Shown one piece after another: positions 45,737 to 55,575 of a stretch of 64,000 nt of DNA. This DNA is from Thermoanaerobaculia bacterium (GTDB lineage: Bacteria; Acidobacteriota; Thermoanaerobaculia; Multivoradales; UBA5704). The position numbers and the translations under genes were made by a program. The DNA is taken from assembly GCA_044226625.1 (NCBI GenBank), contig JBGAGQ010000005.1, forward strand, positions 96,001-160,000. The letters are read 5' to 3'. Positions within the stretch are counted from its first letter, which is position 1. Each line of letters opens with the position of its first letter. The notes beneath the pieces were generated by a model. That model did not search any database. It worked only from the letters and a program-made list of their open reading frames with translations, and was not told the origin of the DNA.

Positions 45737-46621
45737 TCAGCGAACGAAACGGAACGGGTACGTTCCGAGCGGGGTCTCTCGACCCCCTCGATCGAGCCCC
45801 GAGATCTCCAGGCGATAGAGCCCGGGATCGAGCATCCTGGCGGGGAGGAGGATCGCGAGCGTGTCGCGCCCGTCGGGGTGGAGACCGGCGGAGGTCCAGA
45901 TCGGTCGCCCGCCTGAGGTGCTCAAGACGGCGCGGTAGTCCGACTGGTCGACGATCGCGAGCTCGACCGCGAGGACGAGCGAGCCCTCACGAGTGGGGAT
46001 TCTTAGCTGGTTGACGGGCTCTCCCTCGCCCTCCCCTCCGCGCACCGCGGCGAGAACGAAATACGGAACGTTGATCTGCGGCTTCCGCGGCGAGGGGGGC
46101 TCGGCCTCCGACGAGGCCGTGCGCTCGGTGGCGAGCTGCCCGTTCAAGCGTTCGCGCTCCGCGGCGCCGGCCCGTTCGGCTTGCGCGAGGCGAGCTTCCA
46201 GGCTCGCGACCCTCGCCGCGCCCACGGACTTCGAAGCGGACATCTCGCTCTCGAGGGTACGGTATCGCGCGGCGAGCCAGAGCGTGGGCAGAACCGCGAG
46301 ACCGAGCAGAGCGAGGAGCGCCGCGCCGAGGCCTAGCCTTCGGCGCCGGGAGAGGAGCGCGAGCGCGGCGAGGAAGCCGAAACCGGTGCGCGCGGCGGCC
46401 GCCTGTCCGAGATCCGCGGCCGCGACGTCGAGCATACCGGCTCGGAATCCTTCCGCCGCTTCGAGTCGATCCAGGCATTCCGGGCAGTCGAAGTAGTGCG
46501 CCTCGAAGGTGTCGCGCTCGGCGTCGGACAATCGGCCGGCAAGGTAGGCGTCGACCCAATCGCGGGCCTCGATCTCGACATGCAGCGCGGCGTGCGGGTC
46601 GCCGATCGTCGGCTCGCTCAT
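45737..46621 (-). CDS. zf-HC2 (ZAS) anti-sigma factor
   Basis: FEAHYFDCPEC (HxxxCxxC), TM, coiled coil, C-terminal beta domain; ATGA overlap with the sigma gene. Confidence 0.85.
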   Translation of the reverse strand: MSEPTIGDPHAALHVEIEARDWVDAYLAGRLSDAERDTFEAHYFDCPECLDRLEAAEGFRAGMLDVAAADLGQAAAARTGFGFLAALALLSRRRRLGLGAALLALLGLAVLPTLWLAARYRTLESEMSASKSVGAARVASLEARLAQAERAGAAERERLNGQLATERTASSEAEPPSPRKPQINVPYFVLAAVRGGEGEGEPVNQLRIPTREGSLVLAVELAIVDQSDYRAVLSTSGGRPIWTSAGLHPDGRDTLAILLPARMLDPGLYRLEISGLDRGGRETPLGTYPFRFVR

Positions 46622-47241
46622 TTCGCTTCCCTTTCCGTCGTCTCGCGGCGCTCGAACAGCTCTCGATAGCGCTGACGGGCGCGGTAGAGCACGCGGTTGA
46701 AATGCAGGTCGGAAAGGCCGAAGTCGCGGCGGATCTCCTCCTTCTCCTCGCCCGCGATGTAGTAGCGCGAGAGGATCTCGCGATCGCGGTCGTTTTTGAG
46801 CTCAGAGAGCACGCGGCGCACGGTCGCCGCACGCTCCCGGGCGATCAGGCTCGCGAGCTGTCCGGGCGCTGGATCGGGGGCGGCGTGGACCCCCTCGGGA
46901 TCGCCCTGCCACCTCAGCCGCCGGGTGCCGGTCCGGGCGGAGCTCAGAAAGAGGTTTCGCGCCGTGCCGCAGACGAAGCCCGCGAGGCGCTCCGCCTCGC
47001 GGAGCTCACCGCCGCGTACCTTCTCGATCACCTTGCGGAACGTCTCCTGATAGAGGTCTTCGGCGAGCGCGTCGTCGCGCGTGAGACGGCGCAAGAGGAA
47101 GCGAAGCGCGCGCCCGAACCGGTGGACCAGCTCGGACTCGGCGCTCGGATCACCGATCCCGATCCGGTGCACCAACCCGACCATGGGATCGCGGGCCGAT
47201 TCGAGGACCGGATCGGGGGGCGCGTCGGCACGACCGCTCAT
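46618..47241 (-). CDS. ECF RNA polymerase sigma factor
   Basis: AEDLYQETF, F..G.ARN, DREIL..YY, RVLYRARQR; GAGGTG SD before ATG 47241. Confidence 0.9.
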   Translation of the reverse strand: MSGRADAPPDPVLESARDPMVGLVHRIGIGDPSAESELVHRFGRALRFLLRRLTRDDALAEDLYQETFRKVIEKVRGGELREAERLAGFVCGTARNLFLSSARTGTRRLRWQGDPEGVHAAPDPAPGQLASLIARERAATVRRVLSELKNDRDREILSRYYIAGEEKEEIRRDFGLSDLHFNRVLYRARQRYRELFERRETTEREAK

Positions 47242-47291
47242 GAACACCTCATCGCCCGGGAAGGGGCGATGATACTGCACCGCCGCGGCGA

Positions 47292-47720
47292 TCACCGGCG
47301 ATCCATTCCCTCGCCGCCCGGGAACGGCGGGATGTGCGCCTCAGCCGCGAAGGAGCCGGCGTTGCCGGTCGAGAACGGGTCGATCTTGATCTCGCCGACG
47401 AGGCTCGGTACACCGTCCTTGGCCGAGAGCTGGACCTGAACGTAACACTTGATCGCGGCCGGTCCGATGTTCGCCTGGACGTCGCTCGCCGCAAGCGTGT
47501 CGGCCTGGTCGGAAAGGTCGAGACCGGAGATGCTGCTCCAGCGGTGGCTCCCGTCGAGCCAAGCGAGCGAGTAGACCGGCGGAAAGGTCTGTTTGCTGAT
47601 GCCAACCAGCAGGGTGCCCCCGACGACGAACGCATCCTCCGGTATCGGACCGCTCCGTGTCGTGACCTGCCAATGTGTGATTCGCCACCCCTGGAGCAGC
47701 GCGAACTCTTCCGTGGCCAT
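47292..47720 (-). CDS. Small cytoplasmic beta-rich hypothetical protein in the CHAT-ECF operon
   Basis: GGAGG SD before MATEEF; C-terminal GNAGSFAAEA; lies between the CHAT and sigma genes. Confidence 0.6.
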   Translation of the reverse strand: MATEEFALLQGWRITHWQVTTRSGPIPEDAFVVGGTLLVGISKQTFPPVYSLAWLDGSHRWSSISGLDLSDQADTLAASDVQANIGPAAIKCYVQVQLSAKDGVPSLVGEIKIDPFSTGNAGSFAAEAHIPPFPGGEGMDRR

Positions 47721-47834
47721 TTTTCGTACCTCCGACCGTTCCGAATCGACACGGCGGTCGATCGCCGTCGTCGCCAAGTGGAAGTTCCCCCAAGGCCGCG
47801 TCTCCCAGCCCTTTCGTCGGCCGTCTGCGTTTCC

Positions 47835-50800
47835 TCAAGGTGCCGCCCAGTCCCCTTCGAGGACGAAACCGCTCCAGTAGTAAGGCGAGCGCCAACGCGG
47901 CTCGGCGCGGATCGAGAGCTGCGCTCTACGAAGCGCGGCGGCCGGCGGCAAATTCTCCGTCAGGAGGCCGCGATAGAAGCGCGCCATCAGCTCCGCGGTG
48001 GCGCGGTCCTCGACCCGCCAGAGGCTCGCGAGCACCTGCCGGGCGCCGGCGTACAGGAAGCCCCGGGAGAGGCCGATCAGCCCTTCGCCCCGAACCTCCA
48101 CACCGAGCGCCGTCTCGCACCCCGAGAGCACGACGAGGTCGGCACCGAGGCGCAGGTTGTAGACGTCACGCAGGCCGAGGAAGCCCTCCTCGGCCCGGCC
48201 GCTTGGATCGACCCGCGAGAGCATCAGCCCGGACAGTGCGGGCGTCGCGGCGTCGATCAGGCCGTGGGTCGCGAAATGGACGATTCGGTAGCTGGCGATT
48301 TCGGACGACAGGGCGGTCGCGCGGCTGGCTCGAAAGTCGAGCGCGACGAATGCGCGATCCCGCGGGGCGATCGCCTCGATCGCCTCGGCCTCGCGACGGG
48401 TCCAGGGGAGCCGCGCGAGCGCCTTCCCCTCGAACGGTCCGCGCCGGCCTGCGTCGGAGGCCGCCGCGCTCGGTGCCGTCCGGACCCGCGAATCGAGCGG
48501 ATCGAACACCGGATCGGCGAGCACCGCGACGGCTCCCTTCGCACGCTCCTTCCGCGCGAACCGGCGGGCGAGCGCGACGGAGGATGCCGAGAGCGCCTCG
48601 ACCACCTCGTGGCGGACGACGAGAGGAATCGGGCGCCCCCTTTCCTCGACGCCGGGGATCGGCAGCGCCGCGACGGGCACGTAGGCGAGCTGGCCGTCGA
48701 GGGCTACGATCAACCGGCGCTCGCCGAGGCGCGCCGCGATCGGACCGAACAGCATGGATGAGAGGCGGGCCGCCGCGGTTTCCTTCCGGGCATCCTGGGC
48801 TCCGACGCCTTCGCGGAGTGCGGACGCGTCGAGGTAGACCGCCCGGGCCGCCGCTTCGATCTCGGCCCGCGGAGGCAGCTCGAATCCCGAGATCCCCTCC
48901 GCCTCGAGGGCCCAGAGGTAGCTCCGCTCCTCGCCGAGCGAGACCTCGAGCAGCAAGTCGTCCCCGGCAAGGAGCGCCCGAGCCTCCGCGGCCGTCACCG
49001 GCTGGGGCCGGGTGAGCGCCGCGTAGCGCGGGCTCTTGTCTCGAATCTCGGAATCGAGGGCGGCGAGCTCGTCGAGCGTCGAGCGCAATTCGACCTCGAC
49101 CGCGCGGCGACGCTCGTCGCCGGCAGGCCGGCCGGCGAGCTCGGCCCGTCGACCGGCCTTCGCGTGGAGCCGTAGGAGCAGCGCGCGCTCTCGCTCGCGA
49201 AGGGTCGGATCGATCCCTTCGCGAACGTCGGTGCGCGCTTCGTTCAATAGATCGAGCAGAGATCGAGCGCGTGCCCTCTCGGCGACCTCGAAACCGGCGA
49301 GGGGGTCGTGGGCCGCCATCGCGAGATCGATCGCGAGCTCGAAGGCGGCCCGCTGGGCCGCGAGGAACGATGCGCGGAGATCTGGATCGCTCTCGCTCGC
49401 GCGGAGCGTCTCGATCGTCCGGAGGGCTTCGTCGGTCCGCTTACGCGCCTCTTGAGGCTGGCCGAGTGTCCGCGCCACCCGGGCGAGCCCGACCAGCGCC
49501 TCGAGGGTCCGGGCGGGGGATTCGATCGCGCGGGAAATTCCAAGCGCCTCCTCGAACGTCCGCGCTGCCGCGCCCGGCGGTCCGAGCGCGAGCTGCGCTT
49601 GGCCGAGGATCTGGAGCGCAGCCGCTTCGTCGATCCGGGACTCGAGGTCCCGTGCACGCGCCAGGGCGCGGGAGGCCTCGCCCAGCGCGCCCTTCTCGTC
49701 GCCGGCGTCCAGACTCGCTTTGCCCGCGAGCAGGCGGGCGAGCAGCTCGCCGCGCTTGTCGCCCCTCGCCTCGGCGGCGGCGCCCGCTCGACGCCCCAGC
49801 TCGAGCGCGGCCGTCACTTCGCCCGCGCGGAGACGTGCGTAGCCGGCCGCGATCTCCGCCGCCGCGGCACCCGAGACGTCGCCTACCTCGCGCCGGATCC
49901 CCATCGCGGCTTCGAAGTCCGCCCGCGCATGCAGATAGTCGCCGAGTCCGTAATAGGCGGCGCCCCGGTTGCGCAGGACGGAGGCCTGCCACAGCCGGTC
50001 GCCCGACGCCTCGAAGATCGCGAGCGCGGGTGTGTACGCCTCAAGCGCCTGGCCGAATTCGCCAAGGTCGTTTTCGAGCGCGCCGAGGTTGGTGAGCGTC
50101 CGCGCCTCGCCGCGCCGGTCGCCGAGCGCCCGCCAAAGCGCGAGCACCTCGCGGTCCGCAGCGAGCGCGGCCTCCGGCTCGCCGAGCCCGTGGGCGACCG
50201 CCGCCAGGTTGTGAAGCACGTTCGCCTTCCACGAGCCCGTCTCGCCCGCCTCGACGAAGCGATCGAGTGCCCGCCGGTAGAAATCGAGCCCCTCGCGAAG
50301 CCTACCGCTCGAATGGAGCGCGAAGCCCAGATTGTTGAGCGCCTTGGCCTCCTCGATCGTCCGCCCCAGCCGGCGCTCGAGGTCGAGCGCACTCCGCTGG
50401 GCCTCCGCTCCCGCGGCGGGGTCGCCCGACGCCACGCGCGCGAGCCCGAGCCCGCCCCACGCCGCCGCCTCGCCCCCCTCGTCGCCGAGGCGGGTGAAGC
50501 GCTCGAGCGCATCGCCATAGCGGTCGACCGCTTCTTTCGCCTCGCCGAGCCCGAGCGCGATACCGCCTCGCGCGAGAGCGCAGCGCGCCTCGTCGGAGCC
50601 GCGACCCAAGGAACGGTAGATCGCTTCCGCCCGCTCGTAGAGCGCTGCGGCCTTCCGTCTCTCGTCCGCCGCGTCGATCCGGTTCGCCGCGCCCGCCTCG
50701 GTCAACAGCCGGAGGCCTTCCAGGCGCCGAGCCACCGCCTCGTCGTCGGAGCGGATCTCTTCGAGAGTGATGACGAACGATCCGGGGGCCGCGCCGCGGC

Positions 50801-51206
50801 TCGGGCTCAGCACCCGGATCTCGACCGGGCCGGCGATCTCCACCGGCAGCAGCAACGTTTCCGGCCCCTCGCTGTCGAGCGGACTGTCGATCGAGACGAG
50901 AGGCTCGTCGCGTGGCTCCAGGTCGCTCGCCGCGGCGGCTCGAGCTTCGACCACCAAGTCGATACCGCGCTGCTCGACCGTGACGAGGAGCCGTGCCCCG
51001 GGCCGGACCCCGACGCGAAAGGCTTGCGCTGCTCCCCCCGCGAGCCGTCCTTCAATCGGCTCGCCCGGTCGAATCTCGCGCGCGGCGTTCTCGTCCGTGG
51101 CCGCTTCTGGCCTGCCAAGCGCGAGCGCCGGGATCAGGGCGCCCGCGACCAGGGCCGAGAGGAACCGGTCGCGCAGGCCGCGGCGCAATCCGCGAAAACC
51201 CAGCAT
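47835..51206 (-). CDS. Exported TPR-CHAT (caspase-like) protease
   Basis: Signal peptide, PPC-like N-domain, many TPRs, AERARARSL, HFATHG (His) and LSGCET (Cys), SLWRVED, PYYWSGFVL.G. Confidence 0.92.
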   Translation of the reverse strand: MLGFRGLRRGLRDRFLSALVAGALIPALALGRPEAATDENAAREIRPGEPIEGRLAGGAAQAFRVGVRPGARLLVTVEQRGIDLVVEARAAAASDLEPRDEPLVSIDSPLDSEGPETLLLPVEIAGPVEIRVLSPSRGAAPGSFVITLEEIRSDDEAVARRLEGLRLLTEAGAANRIDAADERRKAAALYERAEAIYRSLGRGSDEARCALARGGIALGLGEAKEAVDRYGDALERFTRLGDEGGEAAAWGGLGLARVASGDPAAGAEAQRSALDLERRLGRTIEEAKALNNLGFALHSSGRLREGLDFYRRALDRFVEAGETGSWKANVLHNLAAVAHGLGEPEAALAADREVLALWRALGDRRGEARTLTNLGALENDLGEFGQALEAYTPALAIFEASGDRLWQASVLRNRGAAYYGLGDYLHARADFEAAMGIRREVGDVSGAAAAEIAAGYARLRAGEVTAALELGRRAGAAAEARGDKRGELLARLLAGKASLDAGDEKGALGEASRALARARDLESRIDEAAALQILGQAQLALGPPGAAARTFEEALGISRAIESPARTLEALVGLARVARTLGQPQEARKRTDEALRTIETLRASESDPDLRASFLAAQRAAFELAIDLAMAAHDPLAGFEVAERARARSLLDLLNEARTDVREGIDPTLRERERALLLRLHAKAGRRAELAGRPAGDERRRAVEVELRSTLDELAALDSEIRDKSPRYAALTRPQPVTAAEARALLAGDDLLLEVSLGEERSYLWALEAEGISGFELPPRAEIEAAARAVYLDASALREGVGAQDARKETAAARLSSMLFGPIAARLGERRLIVALDGQLAYVPVAALPIPGVEERGRPIPLVVRHEVVEALSASSVALARRFARKERAKGAVAVLADPVFDPLDSRVRTAPSAAASDAGRRGPFEGKALARLPWTRREAEAIEAIAPRDRAFVALDFRASRATALSSEIASYRIVHFATHGLIDAATPALSGLMLSRVDPSGRAEEGFLGLRDVYNLRLGADLVVLSGCETALGVEVRGEGLIGLSRGFLYAGARQVLASLWRVEDRATAELMARFYRGLLTENLPPAAALRRAQLSIRAEPRWRSPYYWSGFVLEGDWAAP

Positions 51207-51474
51207 ACGGCTCTCCGTTCAGATCTCGCGAGGATACAGCAGGAGCGAATCGACCCGCTTCAAGAGCCCCTTCCCAGGCTGCTTAGGGTCCTGGGGGACG
51301 CTCGGGAACCGTGGGGTGAGATGAAATCGCGCGCGTCCGGCATCTTCCGGCATGTCACCCGACGATCGGCGCGAGCAGAGGGGCTGCGATCCAGGGCCGG
51401 GCGAAAGGGGGCGGGCGATGCCCTGCCGGGTCGTTTTGGCGGCTTGCCGCGGAAACGGATACAATCTCGTAAAT

Positions 51475-52236
51475 ATGTTGATCCAAGTCCTGGGCGGTTA
51501 CGGCGGCGAGAGCGACGTTTGTCGGATGACCTGCCTTTTGATCAACGGCACGATCGCCTTGGACGCCGGATCTCTTTCTCAAGTCCTGCCGATCGAGCGT
51601 CAGGTGGGCGTGCACTCGATCGTCCTTTCGCATTCCCACATGGATCACACGAACTCCTTGCCGTTCTTCATCGAGAACGTCTATGGCCAAGGGGATCGAG
51701 CGATCGAGCTCTATGCGTCCGAGCCGACCGCCTACGCGATTCGCAAATACCTGTTCAACAATGCGACCTGGCCCGATTTCACGCGGCTGCCGAACCATCT
51801 GCTCCCCGCGGTCCGGTTCCATGAGTTCGAATCCGAGGCGCCGATCACGATCGAAGGGGTGAAGATCACGCCGATCGCGGTCGATCATTTGGTCCCCACC
51901 CATGGCTTCCTGATCGAAGAGGGGGGCCAGGCGGTAATCTGGTCGAGCGACACGGGACCGACCCGCCGGCTCTGGGAGATCGCGAACAAGACGCCCAACC
52001 TCCGGGCGTTGTGCATCGAGACCAGCTTCGAGAACGCGCTCCAAGAAGTGGCCGACATTTCGCTCCACCTCACTCCGAGGACGCTCGAGGTCGAGCTGCG
52101 CAAGCTCGAGCGTAAGGTTCCGATTCTCCTTCACCACCTGAAGCCGCCGTACGTCAAGCGGATCCACGAAGAAGTGAAGGCGCTGCGCAACCCCGACCTC
52201 GATTTCCTCGAACAAGGCAAGGAATACCGCTTCTAG
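51475..52236 (+). CDS. MBL-fold 3',5'-cyclic-nucleotide phosphodiesterase (class II-like)
   Basis: LDAGS, SHSHMDH, FNN..WPDF, H..P..G, SDTGPT, ETSF, HL.P, HLKP. Confidence 0.8.
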   Translation: MLIQVLGGYGGESDVCRMTCLLINGTIALDAGSLSQVLPIERQVGVHSIVLSHSHMDHTNSLPFFIENVYGQGDRAIELYASEPTAYAIRKYLFNNATWPDFTRLPNHLLPAVRFHEFESEAPITIEGVKITPIAVDHLVPTHGFLIEEGGQAVIWSSDTGPTRRLWEIANKTPNLRALCIETSFENALQEVADISLHLTPRTLEVELRKLERKVPILLHHLKPPYVKRIHEEVKALRNPDLDFLEQGKEYRF

Positions 52237-52280
52237 CGACCCCTCCGGGCTCATCGCCCGGGTTTGGATTCTGCGAGCGA

Positions 52281-53231
52281 TCAGACGCGGAGCCAGCGGG
52301 CGCGGACGAGCAGTCCGATACGCGTGCGCAGGCCGAGGTGCGGCGGCTGGGCGAGGAGCCCCCGGTCGGATTCCTCGATCCGCGACAGGAGCGCGAGACC
52401 CGCGAACAGGGCGTAGCCCACCGTCTGTCGGAATCCCGCCGGCAGGGCGGGCAGGCCGCGGGCGCCGCCCAGGAAGAGGGGGCGAAGGCGGGCGCATTCC
52501 TCATAGGCCGCCTGGAGAAGGGTCGGCTCGGGCGGGTGCGTCGTTGCGGCGTCGCCCACCTCGTTCCGCGGAAGCGGACAACGTCCTGAGGCGGTCTCCT
52601 CCCCGAGCCTTTGGAGCGCCTCGAGCCGAACCAGCCCCGCGCCGAGCGCGTCCACCTCACAGGGAGACGCCGCGCCGAGCCACGTGCGACCGACCGCGCG
52701 AGCGAGCGCGAGGGCGCCCCGTTCCAGATCCTCGACGTTCAAGGGCTGGCCGCGAATCGCCCGCTGCCGGGCGCAGGCGGCGAGCGCCTCGAGCCCTTCG
52801 GTCGACCAGCGCCGGCGTCCTTGCTCCCGAGCCATTGCGGCGAGGATCGGCTCGGAGGTCGGCCGCCCGGCGAGCGCCTCTTCGAGGCCGAACTCCCAAC
52901 GGTTGATCGCCGCGAGGCGCTCGCCCTCTACGCCGCGCTGCCGGGCGAAATCGAACAGGACGACGACGTGCGAGACGAGCGCCTGCGCTCGATGGCGCTC
53001 CGGACGGGTGAGCAGCGCGAGGGCCGGGGCGAAGTCGCCGAGCCGGCTCCGCGCGAGGTCGGCGCAGAGGTCGATGGCCGCTTGCGGATCGGCGCGCCCG
53101 CCCTCCGGCGGGCGCATCTCGTCGATCAGACGTCCGTGACGGCTCGCGCCGAGCGCGTCAGCGCGCCAGGACGGGTCGTCCGGATGCCGCTCGATCGAGC
53201 CGTTGGGCGCCGGGTCCGGGACCTTCTCCAT
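52281..53231 (-). CDS. Squalene/phytoene synthase-like protein (divergent)
   Basis: F..AL.LL...R.R, ERLA.I..W...L, LG.GL...L..LGE....GRC.LP helical pattern; DDxxD motifs not evident. Confidence 0.55.
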   Translation of the reverse strand: MEKVPDPAPNGSIERHPDDPSWRADALGASRHGRLIDEMRPPEGGRADPQAAIDLCADLARSRLGDFAPALALLTRPERHRAQALVSHVVVLFDFARQRGVEGERLAAINRWEFGLEEALAGRPTSEPILAAMAREQGRRRWSTEGLEALAACARQRAIRGQPLNVEDLERGALALARAVGRTWLGAASPCEVDALGAGLVRLEALQRLGEETASGRCPLPRNEVGDAATTHPPEPTLLQAAYEECARLRPLFLGGARGLPALPAGFRQTVGYALFAGLALLSRIEESDRGLLAQPPHLGLRTRIGLLVRARWLRV

Positions 53232-53266
53232 TCCTGCCGAGGTCGGTTCGAGATCGGAGGAAACGT

Positions 53267-54457
53267 TCAGGCGAGCAGGCGGAGCAGCTCGCGCTGCGGC
53301 TCGGCGCCGGTGATCTCGGCGCGCGTGGGGGTGAGCGCAACGTTGATCTCGCTGCGGATGCCGAAGTCATCGGTCAGATACACGCCCGGCTCGATCGAAA
53401 AGCCGGTCATCGGCAGAAGGCGCCGGGTGTCGTGCGTTTCCAGGTTGTCCATGTTGGCGCCCTGGCCGTGGTCGCTGATCCCGATCGAATGGCCCGTCCG
53501 GTGGATGAACCGGTCGCCGAAGCCGGCCTTGCGGATCACCTCGCGGCCCACCTCGTCCACCTCCCAGCCGGCGATCGGGGTGTGGGGATAGCGCGAGCGG
53601 ACGAGCTCCCACGAGGCGTCACGGGCGCCCGAGACGGCCGCCCAGACCTGCTGCTGGCGGTCGGTCGGGGCGGGGGCGCAGACACCGCACCAGGTGATGT
53701 CGGCGTAGACGCTGCTCGGCGTTTTCTCTTTCGCCCAGAGGTCGATGAGCAGGAAGTCGCCGGAGCGGATCGGCGAGGAATGGCCCGGGCCCGGCTGATA
53801 GTGCGGGTCGGCCGAGTGGCCGTTCACCCCGACGATCGGATCGGATTCCGCCCACAGACCCGCCTTGTCGAACGCCTCGACGATGAAGCGCTGGATCGTG
53901 TACTCGTCGGCCGCTTCGCCTCGGCGCAACGCCTTTTCGACTTCGTGGAACGCCTCGAGCGCGATCCGGTGAAGGTGGACGTTGGCCCGGCGGTGCCCCT
54001 CGAGCTGGTCCTCGCTCCAGACCGCGGCGAACTGCTGGACCAGGTCGGCGCTCGAGATCAGCTCGGCGCCGTAACTGCGGAGCAGCTCGGCGGTTCCGGC
54101 GTCCAGGCGCGAGATGTTCGGCAGCTCGTTGTTCGGGCTGTACTGGGCGGCCAGGCGACGGCAGCCCGCGATCAACTCGCCGAGCTTTTTCTTGTGCTCC
54201 TGCCAGGGGAGGTAGATCTCCTTGCCGCCCGGCAGGTGATCGAGCATCGAAGACTCGATCGCGTGCACCAGCTTCTTCGGCTCGCCGGTCCGCGGGATCA
54301 GGTAGTAGCAGCGGCGGGTGACCAGCTTCCCTTCGACGTTCAGGGCGAGCAGGTCGAGGCCGACCGGATCGAGCTGCTGGAAACAGGCGAACAGCCAGCC
54401 ATCGAGGCCGGCGTCGGCGAGCGCGCTTTGAATGTCCGGAATCCGTTCGGCAAGCAT
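53267..54457 (-). CDS. Xaa-Pro peptidase family (M24)
   Basis: SADPHY, LLIDLWAK, YADITW, HRTGHSIG, FSIEPGVY, GIRSE. Confidence 0.9.
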   Translation of the reverse strand: MLAERIPDIQSALADAGLDGWLFACFQQLDPVGLDLLALNVEGKLVTRRCYYLIPRTGEPKKLVHAIESSMLDHLPGGKEIYLPWQEHKKKLGELIAGCRRLAAQYSPNNELPNISRLDAGTAELLRSYGAELISSADLVQQFAAVWSEDQLEGHRRANVHLHRIALEAFHEVEKALRRGEAADEYTIQRFIVEAFDKAGLWAESDPIVGVNGHSADPHYQPGPGHSSPIRSGDFLLIDLWAKEKTPSSVYADITWCGVCAPAPTDRQQQVWAAVSGARDASWELVRSRYPHTPIAGWEVDEVGREVIRKAGFGDRFIHRTGHSIGISDHGQGANMDNLETHDTRRLLPMTGFSIEPGVYLTDDFGIRSEINVALTPTRAEITGAEPQRELLRLLA

Positions 54458-54529
54458 GAGAGTCTCCGCGAAAATCGGCGTCTGAACCGGCCGAGAATGC
54501 TATCAGAGGACGATAGGCTCACCGGACCG

Positions 54530-55480
54530 ATGAAGGTGTTCTACACCGACCATTTCGTGCTGCCGCTTCCCGAAGGGCACCGCTTTCCGATGGCCAAATA
54601 CGGTCTGCTGAGAGAGCGCGTGCTCGCCGAGGGGAGCGTGGCCCCGGCGGACCTTCTCGTGCCCGACGCTGCGACCGACGAGCAGCTGTCGCTCGCCCAC
54701 GACCCCGATTATGTGGCGCGCGTCGCCACGGGCCGGCTCGAGCGGACGGAGAGCCGACGCATCGGCTTCCCTTGGTCCGAGGCGATGGTCGAGCGCTCGC
54801 GCCGTTCGACCGGCGCGACGATCGCTGCCGCCCGCGTGGCGCTCGAGCCGCCGAGCGCGGGAGGAGGCGCGGTCGCCGCGAACCTCGCCGGCGGCACGCA
54901 CCACGCGATGCCGGCGCGCGGCGAAGGGTACTGCGTCTGGAACGACGCGGCGGTCGCCGCCCGGCTGCTCCAGCGTGAGGGGCGAATCCGGCGCGCGATC
55001 GTGATCGACTGCGACGTGCATCAGGGCAACGGCACGGCCGCGATCTTTCGAGACGATCCGACGGTCTTCACGTTCTCGATCCACAACCGGAACAACTTTC
55101 CGTTCCACAAAGAGCAGAGCGATCTCGACCTCGAGCTCGCCGATCGGACGGGCGACGAGGAGTACCTGCGCCTGCTCGAAGAGGGGCTCGAGCGGGCGTT
55201 TTCGGTCGCCAACGCCGACCTCGCGTTCTACGTCTCGGGAGCCGATCCCCACGAGCGCGATCGACTCGGGCGGATCTCGCTCACCTTCGAGGGGCTCGCC
55301 GAGCGCGACCGGCGGGTGCTCGCGTGGTGTCGGGCGGCGGAGGTTCCGGTGGCGGTCGCCATGGCCGGCGGCTACGGCCGGGTGTTGGAGGAGACCGTCT
55401 CGATCCACGCGCGGACCGTCTCGCTGGCCGCCGAAAGCTGGCGGGCCCGCGGCGCCCCTCGCGCTGCGTCGGCTGGGTAG
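54530..55480 (+). CDS. Histone deacetylase family protein
   Basis: LPEGHRFPM.KY, NLAGGTHHA, DCDVHQGNGT, GADP...DRLG, GGYG. Confidence 0.92.
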   Translation: MKVFYTDHFVLPLPEGHRFPMAKYGLLRERVLAEGSVAPADLLVPDAATDEQLSLAHDPDYVARVATGRLERTESRRIGFPWSEAMVERSRRSTGATIAAARVALEPPSAGGGAVAANLAGGTHHAMPARGEGYCVWNDAAVAARLLQREGRIRRAIVIDCDVHQGNGTAAIFRDDPTVFTFSIHNRNNFPFHKEQSDLDLELADRTGDEEYLRLLEEGLERAFSVANADLAFYVSGADPHERDRLGRISLTFEGLAERDRRVLAWCRAAEVPVAVAMAGGYGRVLEETVSIHARTVSLAAESWRARGAPRAASAG

Positions 55481-55575
55481 AATCCTCCCGGTCTAGAATC
55501 TGCAAGTCAGGACATCTCGCTCCGGCCCCCGGGAACGCTTCGGCGAGCCCCGAGCGTCGAGAAAGGAAATCTTTC

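Noticed and set aside
47334-51824. Long + strand ORFs opposite the CHAT gene
   Set aside because: Antisense shadows; the CHAT frame carries all the conserved motifs.
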